Origin: Candidatus Hydrogenedentota bacterium
GTDB taxonomy: Bacteria; Hydrogenedentota; Hydrogenedentia; Hydrogenedentales; SLHB01
DNA length: 64,000 nt
NCBI GenBank assembly: GCA_045863335.1
Contig: BTVY01000017.1
Coordinates: forward strand, 58,251 to 122,250
Reading direction: 5' to 3'
The position numbers and the translations under genes were made by a program. Shown here one piece after another: positions 18,031-29,282 of this stretch (the first letter of the stretch is position 1; each line of letters begins with the position of its first letter). Below the pieces are notes generated by a model, which was not told the origin of the DNA, searched no databases, and saw only the letters and a list, made by a program, of their open reading frames with translations.

Positions 18031-19785
18031 ATGGGGGAACAAGACGTGCGTGTTGTGACGAGCAGATTGGCCTTCCTGAAACCAGCATTATTCTTGGCTG
18101 CGACCTTGGCATGCGTCCTGTCATCGCTTGCTGCCTTCGCATACGAGCCCGGCGGCCCTGAGGACCAGGGCTACGTAATCAGCGAGGAAGACCGGGCGAA
18201 GATTGAATCAGCCTTGCCGGAAAAGGCGCCCGTGCCGCCCAAGGAGGCGAGGAAGTTGCTCATCTTCGACGTCAACGTCGTTTACGGCGGCCATCCTTCA
18301 CGGTTCTATGCGAATTTGGCGTTCCAGGAGATGAGCAAGAAGACCGGCGCATTCGACGTGGTGATCAGCCGTGACCCATCGGTCTTCGAGAAAGAAAACC
18401 TGGCCGAATTCGACGCCGTCTTTCTCAACAACGCCGTGGGAAACCAGTTCGAGGATCCGGCCCTCCGGCAGAATCTAATTGAGTTTGTCTATGGCGGCGG
18501 GGGACTCATGGGCGTGCATGGTACGTCGGTTGCCTTCTGGAACTGGGGTCCCGAGGGTGGCGACGACTGGCAGGAGTTTGGGCGTATGCTGGGCGGAAGG
18601 GGCGCGAACCATCGCGACGCCCAGGAACGGGCCTATATAAAAGTGGATTCGCCCGGCCACCCTCTCATGGCGCCGTTTCCGGACGAGGGTTTCGAACTGA
18701 GCGACGAGTTCTTTCGTGTCGGCGATCCGTACTCCCGAGACCGGGTGCGCGTGCTCTTCAGTATCGACGTCGACAAGACCGACCTCAGCGCGAAGCCGCA
18801 CGAACGGGAAGACCAGGACTACGCCGCAGCGTGGGTGCGTCACTACGGCCGCGGACGCGTGTTCTATTCGACCGTCGCCCACAATCCGTACCAGTTTTGG
18901 GACCCCGCGATGCTGCAATTCTACTTGGGCGCGGCCCAGTTTGTCCTCGGCGATCTGTCCGCGCCGACTATTCCCAGCGCCCGCCTGACGCCGGCCATCG
19001 AGGCGCAGGAACAGCTCGGATGGCGGCTGGGCATCGTTGCCTATACGTTCCACCGGTATACGTTGTTCGAGACCATCGAGAAGACCGATCAGCTGGGATT
19101 GGCTTACTTGGGAGGTCTGGATTTCCAGAAGGTCAGCGCGGACATCGACAAGAACTTCAACGCGGATCTGAGCGATGAGGAACTGAAGGCGATCCGCCTG
19201 AAGCTGGATGATGCGGGCGTGCGCATGCTGACCTGTTTCTACTCCGTCATCCCGGGGGACGAGGAAGGCTGCCGCAAGGTCTTCGAGTTCGCGCGGAAGA
19301 TGGGTATCGAAACCCTCATCTCGGAACCGCCGCTCGAGGCGTTAGATATGATCGAGCGTTTTTGCAACGAGTACGACATCGACCTTGCCATCCACAACCA
19401 TGATCAGAAGGCGTCTCCCCATTACTGGAGCCCCGAGGCGGTCATGCAGGTCTGCGAAGGCCGCGGTCCCCACATCGGGGTGTGCGCCGACATGGGGTAT
19501 TGGATGCGGAGCGGCATCGACCCCGTCGCCGCGGTCGGCACGATCGGGCACCGTCTGTTTGAGGTCCAGATGCATGACCTGAATGAACTGAGCGCGGACG
19601 GCCATGACGTGCCCTGGGGAACAGGTGTCGGCCGCGTACGGGAGTTTCTGGAGGAGGTTCACCGCCTGGGGATCAAGCCCAAGATGTTCGGATTGGAGTA
19701 TTCCTACGATTGGCTGGATTCCATGCCGGAAGTCGAGCAATCGGCACGGTTCTTTGACGAGGTAACGCTGGACCTGGTGAAGTAG
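18031..19785 (+). CDS. ThuA-like domain fused to sugar-phosphate isomerase/epimerase (AP endonuclease 2) TIM barrel
   Basis: FDAVFLNN...GGGLMGVHG...WVRHYGRGRVFYS (ThuA-like); then AYTFHRYTLFETI, AIHNH, DMGYW, HDL, GLEY (TIM barrel). Confidence 0.8.
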   Translation: MGEQDVRVVTSRLAFLKPALFLAATLACVLSSLAAFAYEPGGPEDQGYVISEEDRAKIESALPEKAPVPPKEARKLLIFDVNVVYGGHPSRFYANLAFQEMSKKTGAFDVVISRDPSVFEKENLAEFDAVFLNNAVGNQFEDPALRQNLIEFVYGGGGLMGVHGTSVAFWNWGPEGGDDWQEFGRMLGGRGANHRDAQERAYIKVDSPGHPLMAPFPDEGFELSDEFFRVGDPYSRDRVRVLFSIDVDKTDLSAKPHEREDQDYAAAWVRHYGRGRVFYSTVAHNPYQFWDPAMLQFYLGAAQFVLGDLSAPTIPSARLTPAIEAQEQLGWRLGIVAYTFHRYTLFETIEKTDQLGLAYLGGLDFQKVSADIDKNFNADLSDEELKAIRLKLDDAGVRMLTCFYSVIPGDEEGCRKVFEFARKMGIETLISEPPLEALDMIERFCNEYDIDLAIHNHDQKASPHYWSPEAVMQVCEGRGPHIGVCADMGYWMRSGIDPVAAVGTIGHRLFEVQMHDLNELSADGHDVPWGTGVGRVREFLEEVHRLGIKPKMFGLEYSYDWLDSMPEVEQSARFFDEVTLDLVK

Positions 19786-19834
19786 TGGTACCTGTACTTC
19801 GGCAGTTAGCTTCCAATGAGGGGGATGCGACGTC

Positions 19835-20323
19835 GTGGATGAGTTGATTGCAGCGCTTAAGACGTATGATTGGGGCGGCGACCGGGGGGCCTTGGCCGGC
19901 ATCGATCAGCGAATTGTCGATGCGCGTGGCGCCAAGAAGGAGTTGGCCGACATCGAACAAGCCTTGCTCGAGGTCCTGCAATCCGATGCGAAACTTCCTG
20001 CGAAAGAGTACATCTGCCGCCAACTGGCCCTGATTGGCAGTGATCGAAGTGTTCCCGTGCTTTCCGAAATGCTCATCGATCCGGCACTGTCGGATTGTGC
20101 GCGCATGGCGCTCGAGGCAATTCCGGATCCCTCGGCAGGCAAAGCCCTGCGGCGCGCGTTGGACAAGGCCGATGGCGTTCAACGCGTCGGAATTGTCAAT
20201 GCCTTGGGCGAGCGCCGCGACCGGAAGTCCATTCCCATGCTTTCAAAAATGCGAAACAGCCCGGATTCGACGTTGTCCGCGGCTGCCGACGCCGCACTAC
20301 GGAAAATCGAGGCTGGCAATTAG
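19835..20323 (+). CDS. HEAT-repeat protein
   Basis: CRQLALIGSDRSVPVL..ML, ARMALEAIP, VNALGERRD HEAT-like repeats. Confidence 0.75.
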   Translation: MDELIAALKTYDWGGDRGALAGIDQRIVDARGAKKELADIEQALLEVLQSDAKLPAKEYICRQLALIGSDRSVPVLSEMLIDPALSDCARMALEAIPDPSAGKALRRALDKADGVQRVGIVNALGERRDRKSIPMLSKMRNSPDSTLSAAADAALRKIEAGN

Positions 20324-20376
20324 AAGGGGGCGCGCCGATTGAAGCATCCGATCGTGTGCTGCCGCGGAGATGAGCA

Positions 20377-21828
20377 GTGACAAGAAGCATTGGAAAAAAT
20401 GAGGTAGTCAGTCGCCGCACTTTCATGCGGCAGACCGCCGCTGTGACGGGCGCCATTGCCGCGCCGATGATTATCCCGGCTTCCGCACGGGGTGCCGACG
20501 GACATGTAGCCCCAAGCAATCGGATCACAATGGGGCAGATTGGGCGCGGGATCATGGGGCGGGGGCATGTAAACCATCTCGCGCAGAACCCATCGGTCGA
20601 GGTTCTCGCACTCTGCGACGTGGATCGGACCCGGCTCGATGAGGGCGTGGCGCAGGTCGCGGCTCACTACGCCGAACGCGCCGCGACTGGGACCTATCGC
20701 GGCTGCGAGGCCTATAACGACTATCGCGAATTGCTGGCCCGCGAAGACATCGACGCCGTACTTATCGCTACCCCGGACCATTGGCATACACCCCTGTCCA
20801 TTCATGCCGCGGAATCCGGCAAAGATGTGTACTGCGAGAAGCCGATATCCATCAACGTTGACGAAGGCCGCCAACTCGTCGAAACCATGCATCGCCATGG
20901 TCGCGTCTTCCAGAATGGGAGCCAGTACCGGACGAACCCCGCCATTCGACGGGCCTGCGACTTCATCCGCAATGGCGGACTGGGCAAGATAACAGCCGCG
21001 TTCACCCTATGGCGTCCCATCGGGGAGTCGATCGGAAGCGGACGTTTTCAACCTTACGCCGCGTGTGTGAACGCTGCGGTCATGGGCCGCTACTATACGA
21101 CGCTGGACTTCGCTCTGCCGGGCGAGCCCGTGCCGGAAGGGCTGGATTGGGATCTATGGGTAGGACCAGCGCCATGGCGTCCCTATAACTCGCTCTACCA
21201 CGTCAATCCCATGCCGGGAGTCGTGCCATGGTCGTTCTGCGAAGACTTTGGCGTAGGGCCATCCACCTGGTATCACTCGCACGCGGCGGATGTGCTCCAG
21301 TACGCCCTTGGATATGAAGAGAGCGGCCCCGTCGAGTTCATTCACCCCAGCAGCAACGAATTCCCGACTCTTACGTACCGGTATGCTGACGGCACATTGC
21401 TCCATTTGGTGGACGGATGGGGCCAGGTCAAGGAACTGTATGGCGCCGTGCCGGAAGAGGCCCGGCTGGATGGAAACTTCGGCGGCGTCGTCGTGGGCGA
21501 GCGAGGCTGGCTCACCACCATGTCGGACAACCCGGGAATCACGGGCGGTCCCGAGGATCTCATGGCCGAGTACAACTCCCCGGCGCACGATGTCGACCTT
21601 GGCGGCAAAGACCATCATGCCAATTGGATCGAGTGCATCAAGACGCGTGAGAAGCCCCACTCTCATGAAGAAATCGGACATCGCGCGGCCTCGCTGGGGC
21701 ACCTGTCAATGATCGCGTACAAGCTGGGCCGCTCGCTACAGTGGGACCCTGCCCGGGAAGTGTTTCCAAAAGACGAACAGGCAAATCGTCTGTTGCGACG
21801 CGCCAAACGCGCCCCTTGGCATACCTGA
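20377..21828 (+). CDS. Tat-exported Gfo/Idh/MocA oxidoreductase
   Basis: SRRTFM twin-Arg, IGRGIMGRGH, IATPDHWH, DVYCEKP, LDWDLWVGPAP. Confidence 0.9.
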   Translation: MTRSIGKNEVVSRRTFMRQTAAVTGAIAAPMIIPASARGADGHVAPSNRITMGQIGRGIMGRGHVNHLAQNPSVEVLALCDVDRTRLDEGVAQVAAHYAERAATGTYRGCEAYNDYRELLAREDIDAVLIATPDHWHTPLSIHAAESGKDVYCEKPISINVDEGRQLVETMHRHGRVFQNGSQYRTNPAIRRACDFIRNGGLGKITAAFTLWRPIGESIGSGRFQPYAACVNAAVMGRYYTTLDFALPGEPVPEGLDWDLWVGPAPWRPYNSLYHVNPMPGVVPWSFCEDFGVGPSTWYHSHAADVLQYALGYEESGPVEFIHPSSNEFPTLTYRYADGTLLHLVDGWGQVKELYGAVPEEARLDGNFGGVVVGERGWLTTMSDNPGITGGPEDLMAEYNSPAHDVDLGGKDHHANWIECIKTREKPHSHEEIGHRAASLGHLSMIAYKLGRSLQWDPAREVFPKDEQANRLLRRAKRAPWHT

Positions 21829-22015
21829 GAAACATCAAACTTTCGGCGTCATTACCAGACGAGGGGTACGCGGACGCGCAGGTCTTTGACGTACGACGGC
21901 GGGCCACGCGTTTGTGCACGGCAACGTAAAGATGGCACCATAGCATTTCCGCCCGTCTTGGGTGCGGAGTTTCAACGGCCTTCGGGGGAAGGCCGGTTTA
22001 GTTGGGGGTAGCAGT

Positions 22016-22948
22016 ATGTCTTGTTCGCGTTCCCGCGGTTTCACATTGATCGAATTACTCGTGGTCATTGCCATCATCGGAATTCTGTCCGCGATTCTAT
22101 TGCCCGCATTGGCTCGCGCACGGGAAGCCGCGCGCAGGGCGGTCTGTCAGAACAACCTCAAACAGATGGGGCTCGTCTTCAAGATGTATGCGTCGGAATC
22201 GCGGGGATCAACATTTCCCCCGCGGCAGATTCTGGACGTCCATGGCAACCTCTCCGACACAATGATATTCAATGGTCCCTCCGTCATGCCGGAGTATTTG
22301 ACGGATGTAAACGTCGTGTGGTGTCCCTCGTGGGTTGGGGCGGGCGCAACACCGGTGGAGCGGTACGACCAGGGCGTGCGCGCCAACGGAACTCCCATGG
22401 GCAACCAGAATGGGAGCGTGGAGCCGGAAGAACTGTTGAAGGCTCCTTACAACTACACGGGATGGCTATTCATCGAGTCGATGAACTTCCTGGGTTTCGA
22501 CCTCGTGGGCGTTCCGGGAAGTGGAATCAACGGAAGGTACGAAGGCAGCGACTGGGACGGTACCCCACTGGGAGAACTGGGCGCCGCAAATGCGGCGTCT
22601 GGAGACGGCCATGTCTCCGATGAGGATTTCACCGTTTCGGCCGCGAACGCTGGGACCCAGGCCGGTGGCGGGGACGTGATACTTCGTTTGCGCGAAGGCA
22701 TCGAGCGATTTCTGATAACCGACATCAACAATCCCGCGTCTGGATCGCACGCACAGAGCGACGTTCCCATCATGTGGGATCACCTCACCCCTCAAATCAT
22801 GGGGTCGTGCCACGTCCCGGCTGGCATGAATGTGTTGTATATGGACGGCCACGTACGGTTCGAAAAGTACTTGGGCGCGGACAAGCCCTGGATGATTACG
22901 ATAGACGGGCCGCGCATCATGGGCCGGTACGATCGGGAATTCCGGTAG
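22016..22948 (+). CDS. Prepilin-type N-terminal cleavage domain protein (DUF1559 / H-X9-DG)
   Basis: [44 protein letters not shown]; C-terminal [15 protein letters not shown]. Confidence 0.9.
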   Translation: MSCSRSRGFTLIELLVVIAIIGILSAILLPALARAREAARRAVCQNNLKQMGLVFKMYASESRGSTFPPRQILDVHGNLSDTMIFNGPSVMPEYLTDVNVVWCPSWVGAGATPVERYDQGVRANGTPMGNQNGSVEPEELLKAPYNYTGWLFIESMNFLGFDLVGVPGSGINGRYEGSDWDGTPLGELGAANAASGDGHVSDEDFTVSAANAGTQAGGGDVILRLREGIERFLITDINNPASGSHAQSDVPIMWDHLTPQIMGSCHVPAGMNVLYMDGHVRFEKYLGADKPWMITIDGPRIMGRYDREFR

Positions 22949-23089
22949 GCGTCCCATGATCGCATTGGCTACGGTCAGATTTCGGTCAGAAGTTTCCTCC
23001 CCTCGATTCGGTTTGCGTGTCGTTACTGCCGAGCGTCCATGCCCCCGCAGGCGCGGCGATGGTATGTCCCCCTTGCGAAGGAGCGAAGT

Positions 23090-26000
23090 ATGTTTCGCGC
23101 GATCGGTCCGGTTGTAGCGGCATTCGTCATTGCCAGTGCGTGCGTTTCCACCGCCGAAGACTGGCCCACATGGCGCTTCGACGGCGGCCGCACGGCTGCT
23201 TCGCCCGAAGCATTGCCTGCCGATCTACACCTGCTATGGATCCGCCAATACACGCCGCGGGAACCCGTGTGGGACGATCCGTTGAACCGGGACCTCATGC
23301 CCTATGACGAGATCTTTGAGCCGATTGTATCTCGCCAAACACTCTTTCAGGGCTTTAACGACAGCGACAAAGTCGTAGCTTTAGACACCGGCTCTGGTGA
23401 GGAGCGGTGGCGGCGATACTTCGACGGGCCGGTACGGTTCGCCCCGCTGGCCTGGAATGACAAGCTCTACGTATGCTGCGACGATGGATATCTCTACTGC
23501 TTGCAGGCGCACGACGGAGCGATCGTCTGGAGGTTCAGGGGCGGACCATCTGACCGGAAGATCCTCGGCAACAAGCGGCTGATCTCCACCTGGCCCGTCC
23601 GGGGTGCGCCGGTCATCGCAGACGGTGTCATCTACTTCGGGGCCAGCATCTGGCCCATGATGGGGATCTTCATCTACGCGCTTGACGCGGAGACCGGCGA
23701 CCCACTCTGGGTGAACGACGGGCAGAGCATGGACTACATCTTGCAGCCGCACAATTCCCCGGCTTTCGCAGGCGTCGCGCCTCAAGGGTACTTCGTCATG
23801 GCAGGGGAGCGGCTTCTGGTGCCCGGCGGCCGATCCGTTCCTGCCGGTTTCAACCGGAAAACCGGGACGCTGGATTACTACCGGTTTGCCGAACACAACA
23901 AGACCGGCGGCGCGTTTGTCGCCGCCATTGGAGGCATTTACTTCAATCACTATCGCGAAGGCGAAGTGAACATGTACGCCGCAGCCACGGGCGACGCGTT
24001 GCTTTCTCGCATAGGCATTCAGCCGGTCTTGACGCCTGATACGGTCTTCTTCCGCGGTGACTCCGTTCGTGCTTTCTCGCTGAGTTCTCTCGTTGCCCCG
24101 CCCGAGGGTTCCCAGACAACGCCGCGCTGGGAAATACCGGTAGACGCCACAGCAGATCTTATCAAGGCCGGCAACCGGCTTTACGCCGCAGGCGGAGATT
24201 CCGTGACAGCCCTGGAACTGAACGATTCCGGTCAGCAACCAAAGATTGCCTGGCGAAAGCGCGTGCAGGGCGATGTGCGGCGTTTGATCGCGGCGGACGC
24301 CAAGCTGTTCGCAGTAACCGCAGAAGGCGGGATTCTATGCTTCGGGTCTACTTCCGAACCGGCCCGGCACCATCTTTCGTCGCCGGTATACACCGGCCCG
24401 GCTCAGGACGCCGATGCCGCGTCCCGTCACATTCTCGAAGCAACGGATGTTCGCGACGGCTATGCACTGGTCCACAACGCGGACAATGTCTCCACGCTGA
24501 TCGCCTTGGCCCAACGTTCGGATTTGCAAATCATCTCAATCCAGCCTGATGAAGCGCATGTACATGCATGGCGGCGCACGCTGGACGATGAAGGACTCTA
24601 CGGTGTCCGCGTGGCGGTGCTCCACGGTACACCCATGACCTTAGACCTTCCTCCGTACCTCGCATCCCTGACCGTCGTCGACAATCGAGAATCCAGCAGC
24701 ATCTTGAAGGACCAAGAGCTTCTGAATCGACTGTTCCATTCCACGCGGCCCTATGGCGGAAAGCTCTGCTTACTCTCCAATCCAGGGAACGATCCCGCTG
24801 ACTTTACCAACTGGATCCAGTCCGGCCAGTCTCCCGGATTCACCATTGTGGACGCGCAGTTACAGGTCGCGTCGCGGGAGGGCCCCCTGCCGGGTGCGGG
24901 GCAGTGGACGCACATGTACGGGAACATTGCGAACACCACCAAGTCGGACGACCAACTGGTTCGGCTTCCGCTGGGCCTCCTGTGGTTCGGCGGCAGCAGC
25001 AACCTTGATGTGTTGCCGAGGCACGGACATGGTCCTCCGGAGCAAGTCATCGGCGGCCGCCTGTTCATCCAGGGGATGGACTGCATGAGCGCGCGCGATG
25101 TCTACACGGGCCGGGTGCTCTGGAAAACCGAACTTCACGACCTCGGAACCTACGGCGTGTATTTCGACGAAACGTACAAAGATACACCCACCGACACGCG
25201 CTACAACCAGGTGCACATTCCCGGCGCCAACATCCGGGGATCGAATTTCGTGGCGACGGAGGACCGCGTGTACGTCGCGCAAGGCAGCGCATGCACGGTA
25301 CTCGACGCCGCGGACGGCGAGATCCTACAAACGATTAATCTGCCGCCCGTGGACCCCACGGCCCGGCGTCCTCAAGGCCCGCCATGGGCCTACATCGGTT
25401 GCTATGATGACCTTCTCTTCGGCGGCTACGGATTCATGGCTTTTTCCGATCTGCTTGACAGCAGGAAGGAGGAGTACTCGATCTGGACGGACTTCGATAC
25501 CAGTGCCAGCAAAGGGATCATCGCCTTCGACCGCTACACCGGCGAGCAACGGTGGCGCGTCGATGCAGTCCACGGGTTTCTTCACAACGGGATTGCGGTC
25601 GGCGGCGGAACCATGTATTGCCTCGATCGGTTGCCGTTATTCCTGGAAGAGCAACTGGAACGCCGGGGTATCGAACCGCCGGACAACTACAGGCTCATCG
25701 CAATTGATGTATCGACCGGGAAAATCCGATGGGAGAAGCATCAGGATGTGTTCGGGTCATTCCTGGCCTATTCCGAGGAAGACGACATCTTGCTACAGTC
25801 GACCCGGCCATCAAGAGACATGACCGAAGGTGAGGACGGAGCGCGCATGCTCGCCTACACCGGCGCCAGCGGTCGGAAGCTTTGGGATACCGATACCACG
25901 TATTCGTCCGTTCCCATGTTGCACAACGGCCGTGTCGTGACCCAGGACGGCATGCTCGCGCTGCACACTGGGGAACCCGTAATGCGCGTGAATCCGCTTA

Positions 26001-26830
26001 CCGGCATCGAAGAACCCTGGACATGGCAACGGCACTACGGATGCAACTATCCCATTGCCAGCGAGCACCTGCTCACGTTTCGTTCAGCCGCTGCAGGCTT
26101 CTACGACTTCGAGCATGACGGCGGAACAGGCAACTTCGGAGGCTTCAAGTCGAGTTGTTCCTCCAATCTCGTGGCAGCGGACGGTGTCCTCAACGCGCCC
26201 GACTATACCCGGACGTGCAGTTGCAGCTACCAGAATCAGACGTCCCTGGCAATGGTCCACATGCCGGAGTCTGAACTGTGGACATTCAACGCGTACACCA
26301 CCGGCAACGCACCGGTGACACGCGTGGGCATCAACTTCGGCGCGCCGGGCGATCGGCGTGCTGATGACGGTACGCTTTGGTTGGAGTATCCCAGCGTGGG
26401 AGGGCTCTCACCGGAGATTCCGGTAGAGATCACGTATGCCGAATCGGAACCGGAACTCTTTCGTCATCATTCGTCGGAGTTCGGTGGCGCGGGTTTCCCC
26501 TGGGTCAATGCGTCCGGCGTCGCGAATGTAGAGTCTTTGCGCCTCACGCTTGCGGAAGGCGGGAGCGAGGAGCGGCCCTACACGGTCCGGCTGCACTTTG
26601 CCGAGCCTGAAGCGGCCCAACCCGGAGCACGGGTGTTCGATGTCGCATTGCAGGGAACGAATGTGCTTGAACAGTTCGACATCATTCGTGAAGCCGGCCA
26701 GGAGCGACACGGCGTCGTAAAGGAGTTCAGAAACGTTCCTGTGAAGTCCGTGCTGGATCTGGAATTCGAATCATCCGGTGCAAACGCGCCACTGCTTTGC
26801 GGCATCGAAATGATCGCAGAGGGGGGCTGA
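23090..26830 (+). CDS. Secreted PQQ-like beta-propeller protein with central methyltransferase-like segment and C-terminal malectin-like domain
   Basis: Signal peptide then EDWPTWR; repeated ALD..TG...W motifs; second WTHMYG propeller; YTVRLHFAE...RVFDVALQG malectin-like end. AAGGAG RBS before ATG23090. Confidence 0.8.
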   Translation: MFRAIGPVVAAFVIASACVSTAEDWPTWRFDGGRTAASPEALPADLHLLWIRQYTPREPVWDDPLNRDLMPYDEIFEPIVSRQTLFQGFNDSDKVVALDTGSGEERWRRYFDGPVRFAPLAWNDKLYVCCDDGYLYCLQAHDGAIVWRFRGGPSDRKILGNKRLISTWPVRGAPVIADGVIYFGASIWPMMGIFIYALDAETGDPLWVNDGQSMDYILQPHNSPAFAGVAPQGYFVMAGERLLVPGGRSVPAGFNRKTGTLDYYRFAEHNKTGGAFVAAIGGIYFNHYREGEVNMYAAATGDALLSRIGIQPVLTPDTVFFRGDSVRAFSLSSLVAPPEGSQTTPRWEIPVDATADLIKAGNRLYAAGGDSVTALELNDSGQQPKIAWRKRVQGDVRRLIAADAKLFAVTAEGGILCFGSTSEPARHHLSSPVYTGPAQDADAASRHILEATDVRDGYALVHNADNVSTLIALAQRSDLQIISIQPDEAHVHAWRRTLDDEGLYGVRVAVLHGTPMTLDLPPYLASLTVVDNRESSSILKDQELLNRLFHSTRPYGGKLCLLSNPGNDPADFTNWIQSGQSPGFTIVDAQLQVASREGPLPGAGQWTHMYGNIANTTKSDDQLVRLPLGLLWFGGSSNLDVLPRHGHGPPEQVIGGRLFIQGMDCMSARDVYTGRVLWKTELHDLGTYGVYFDETYKDTPTDTRYNQVHIPGANIRGSNFVATEDRVYVAQGSACTVLDAADGEILQTINLPPVDPTARRPQGPPWAYIGCYDDLLFGGYGFMAFSDLLDSRKEEYSIWTDFDTSASKGIIAFDRYTGEQRWRVDAVHGFLHNGIAVGGGTMYCLDRLPLFLEEQLERRGIEPPDNYRLIAIDVSTGKIRWEKHQDVFGSFLAYSEEDDILLQSTRPSRDMTEGEDGARMLAYTGASGRKLWDTDTTYSSVPMLHNGRVVTQDGMLALHTGEPVMRVNPLTGIEEPWTWQRHYGCNYPIASEHLLTFRSAAAGFYDFEHDGGTGNFGGFKSSCSSNLVAADGVLNAPDYTRTCSCSYQNQTSLAMVHMPESELWTFNAYTTGNAPVTRVGINFGAPGDRRADDGTLWLEYPSVGGLSPEIPVEITYAESEPELFRHHSSEFGGAGFPWVNASGVANVESLRLTLAEGGSEERPYTVRLHFAEPEAAQPGARVFDVALQGTNVLEQFDIIREAGQERHGVVKEFRNVPVKSVLDLEFESSGANAPLLCGIEMIAEGG

Positions 26831-27993
26831 TGCGCGGATTCGCAGCGGTCGCATGTGCATGGTGTGTGATTCTGGCGCAACCGGTTCTGGCGTGTGATGT
26901 GCCCGTGTTTCGCTACGCCCTGGAGCGTTGGCAACCCGACGCGTACGAGGTAGTCCTATTGCACGAGTCGCCGCTGAACGCGGATGCCGCGGCACTTTGG
27001 CAGACCATCACACAGGCCGCGTCCGTTCCGGATTCGCTGAACCTTCGCATTCGAGGAGCGGATTCTGGACGCGTTCCGGACCCAGGACTCAAAACCCGCT
27101 GGAGGTCGGAAACGAACGGGGCCACGCCGTGGTTGGCCCTGTATTACCCGGCATCGGCTTCGCGGCAATCCTACCTCTGGGCGGGTCCGATTACAGAGTC
27201 GAACTGCGAGGCCCTATTGGACTCGCCAGCCCGGCGCGCAATCGCACAGGCGCTCCTGGATGGTGAATCCGCGGTTTTTGTTTTGGTCGAATCCGGTGAT
27301 GAAACGGCTGATCTAGTTGCCGCCGAAACCTTGGAGCGCGAGTTGGCTGCAGCCGAATCCTCGCTCGAATTGCCCGGGCGGGTAGATGACGAAGTGCCCG
27401 ACATCGACGAGCAGAAGGTCCGCATTGCCTTCTCCATGGAGCGCGTATCGCGCAAAGATCCCAGCGAGCAGATCTTCGTCGAAATGCTTCTCGGAAGCGA
27501 ACCCGGTCTGCGCAGTATCGACGCGCCGATGGTGTTCCCGATTTACGGCCGGGGCCGCTCGTTGTATGCGCTGGCGGGAAACGGCATCAACCCCAAAACC
27601 ATTCGTCAGGCTTGTACACTGGTCGCGGGTCCGTGCAGTTGCGACATTAAGGATGAGAATCCCGGCATCGACCTCCTTTTTGCCGTGAACTGGGATGCGC
27701 GCATTCACGAATTCCTGTTGGGAAACCCGGAACCGGCGGTAGTTCCTGGTCCGGCCCTGCTCCAAGCCTCCGATCCGAAGACTGCCGAAGGAAACAGCGA
27801 GAATGACGTTTCCACTGGGACGGTTGCAGTGGGTATCGCCAAAGACAGCGAAATCGCCAGTGAAGAAGATGTTTCCCGTGGCCGGACATTCTCTCCGCTT
27901 GTGAGTGTCGCGCTCGCGATTGCGGTCGCCATAGTCGCGGTACTCGCGGGTTCGGTCGCGTTGGCGTATCGGAAAGGCGGGAGGGAAGCATGA
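26830..27993 (+). CDS. Hypothetical exported protein with C-terminal membrane anchor (CDVPVFRYALERW; CSC motif)
   Basis: Signal peptide, C-terminal TM, translationally coupled on both sides. Confidence 0.7.
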   Translation: MRGFAAVACAWCVILAQPVLACDVPVFRYALERWQPDAYEVVLLHESPLNADAAALWQTITQAASVPDSLNLRIRGADSGRVPDPGLKTRWRSETNGATPWLALYYPASASRQSYLWAGPITESNCEALLDSPARRAIAQALLDGESAVFVLVESGDETADLVAAETLERELAAAESSLELPGRVDDEVPDIDEQKVRIAFSMERVSRKDPSEQIFVEMLLGSEPGLRSIDAPMVFPIYGRGRSLYALAGNGINPKTIRQACTLVAGPCSCDIKDENPGIDLLFAVNWDARIHEFLLGNPEPAVVPGPALLQASDPKTAEGNSENDVSTGTVAVGIAKDSEIASEEDVSRGRTFSPLVSVALAIAVAIVAVLAGSVALAYRKGGREA

Positions 27994-29279
27994 GTCTTTG
28001 GCGGCTAGTGCTTTGCGAAATCCGCTACCGCAAGATTGATTTCTGTGTGAGTGCCACCGTAGTTACGCTCGCCGTTGCTTTCTTTGTCGCGGTCATGACC
28101 TTGCTCAGGGCTCATGAAGCCAGGGCCGCAGACCTTGCCTCCATTCGACATGAAGAGACGCTCGCGTTAATGCGTGCCGTTGAAGACGATTACCGCAAGA
28201 TTACACTGAAATCCGGATACAACGTTCTGATTCTGAGTCAAGACCAGAATCTCGCCGAATTCTATGCACAGGGATTTGCAACGAAGGTCATTCCGGAAAC
28301 CTACGTGACTCGGCTCGCGGAATCGCCGCTCGTCACGGTACGACACCTGATGCCGACCTTGAGTGAGACCATTGCCTGGCCCGGACGAGAGGATGTGCGA
28401 GTAATTCTGATGGGCGTGCGAAGCGAGATCCCGCAGACTCATCTCGATCCAAAGGCGCCCCTCTCGCAACCCGTCGAACCGGGCGCCGCGCGATTAGGTC
28501 ATGTGATTGCGGCGCAACTGGGTCTCTATCCTGGCGATACCTTTGACCTGCGAGGCCACGCATTCACGGTCGCGGAGATCCAGTCCGAGCGGGGAAACGC
28601 GGACGACGTTACGGTCTGGTTGCACCTTGAAGATGCACAAGCGGTGCTTGGTGAGCCCGGACGAATCAACGCAATCATGGCCTTGAGTTGCCATTGCGCG
28701 GGAGCATCATTGGAAGGCCTTCGCAGTGAGATCGCCAAGGTCCTCCCCGATACGCAGGTCATTCAGCTCGCCGCGCAAACCGACGTCCGCGCGCTCGCTC
28801 GCGACCGCGCCGCCGCATTGAGTGGAGAAACTGTTGCGGCCGAAGAGACCTATCATCGCGCGCAGCAGTCTCAACGAGAAGCGTTGGCTACCTGGCTATT
28901 CCCCGTCGTATTGCTGGGATCGGGCGCGTGGGTGGGTCTACAGTTCCTCTCCAACGTCCGGACCCGGCGCTCCGAAATCGGCATCTGGCGCGCCCTGGGT
29001 TTGCAGTCGCGCCAGATTACATGCATCTTTCTGACAAAGGCAGTTCTGTTGGGTGTATTGGGCGCGATAACCGGCTATCTACTTGGGTTCGCTACCGGAT
29101 TGGCATGGAGCCATCACGAGGGCGTGAACGTGGGTGAGTACGGCGCCTGGACACTCTTCGACGAGCGGCTCTTGATTGGGGCCTTGGCGCTCGCGCCCCT
29201 GCTAAGCGTGTTGGCAAGTTGGCTCCCAACCCAGATGGCGGCACGGCAAGATCCTGTCGTCGCGCTGCGAAACGACTAA
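27990..29279 (+). CDS. ABC transporter permease, FtsX/MacB/LolE-like
   Basis: N-terminal TM, periplasmic loop, RRSEIGIWRALG motif, C-terminal WLPTQMAARQDPVVALR. Confidence 0.85.
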   Translation: MSLWRLVLCEIRYRKIDFCVSATVVTLAVAFFVAVMTLLRAHEARAADLASIRHEETLALMRAVEDDYRKITLKSGYNVLILSQDQNLAEFYAQGFATKVIPETYVTRLAESPLVTVRHLMPTLSETIAWPGREDVRVILMGVRSEIPQTHLDPKAPLSQPVEPGAARLGHVIAAQLGLYPGDTFDLRGHAFTVAEIQSERGNADDVTVWLHLEDAQAVLGEPGRINAIMALSCHCAGASLEGLRSEIAKVLPDTQVIQLAAQTDVRALARDRAAALSGETVAAEETYHRAQQSQREALATWLFPVVLLGSGAWVGLQFLSNVRTRRSEIGIWRALGLQSRQITCIFLTKAVLLGVLGAITGYLLGFATGLAWSHHEGVNVGEYGAWTLFDERLLIGALALAPLLSVLASWLPTQMAARQDPVVALRND

Positions 29280-29282
29280 CTC

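Noticed and set aside
22016-22948. DUF1559 gene as a pilin of the Tad system
   Set aside because: It has a type IVa-like GFTLIELL N-terminus, lies beyond the att junction and belongs to a large paralogous family not tied to tad loci.
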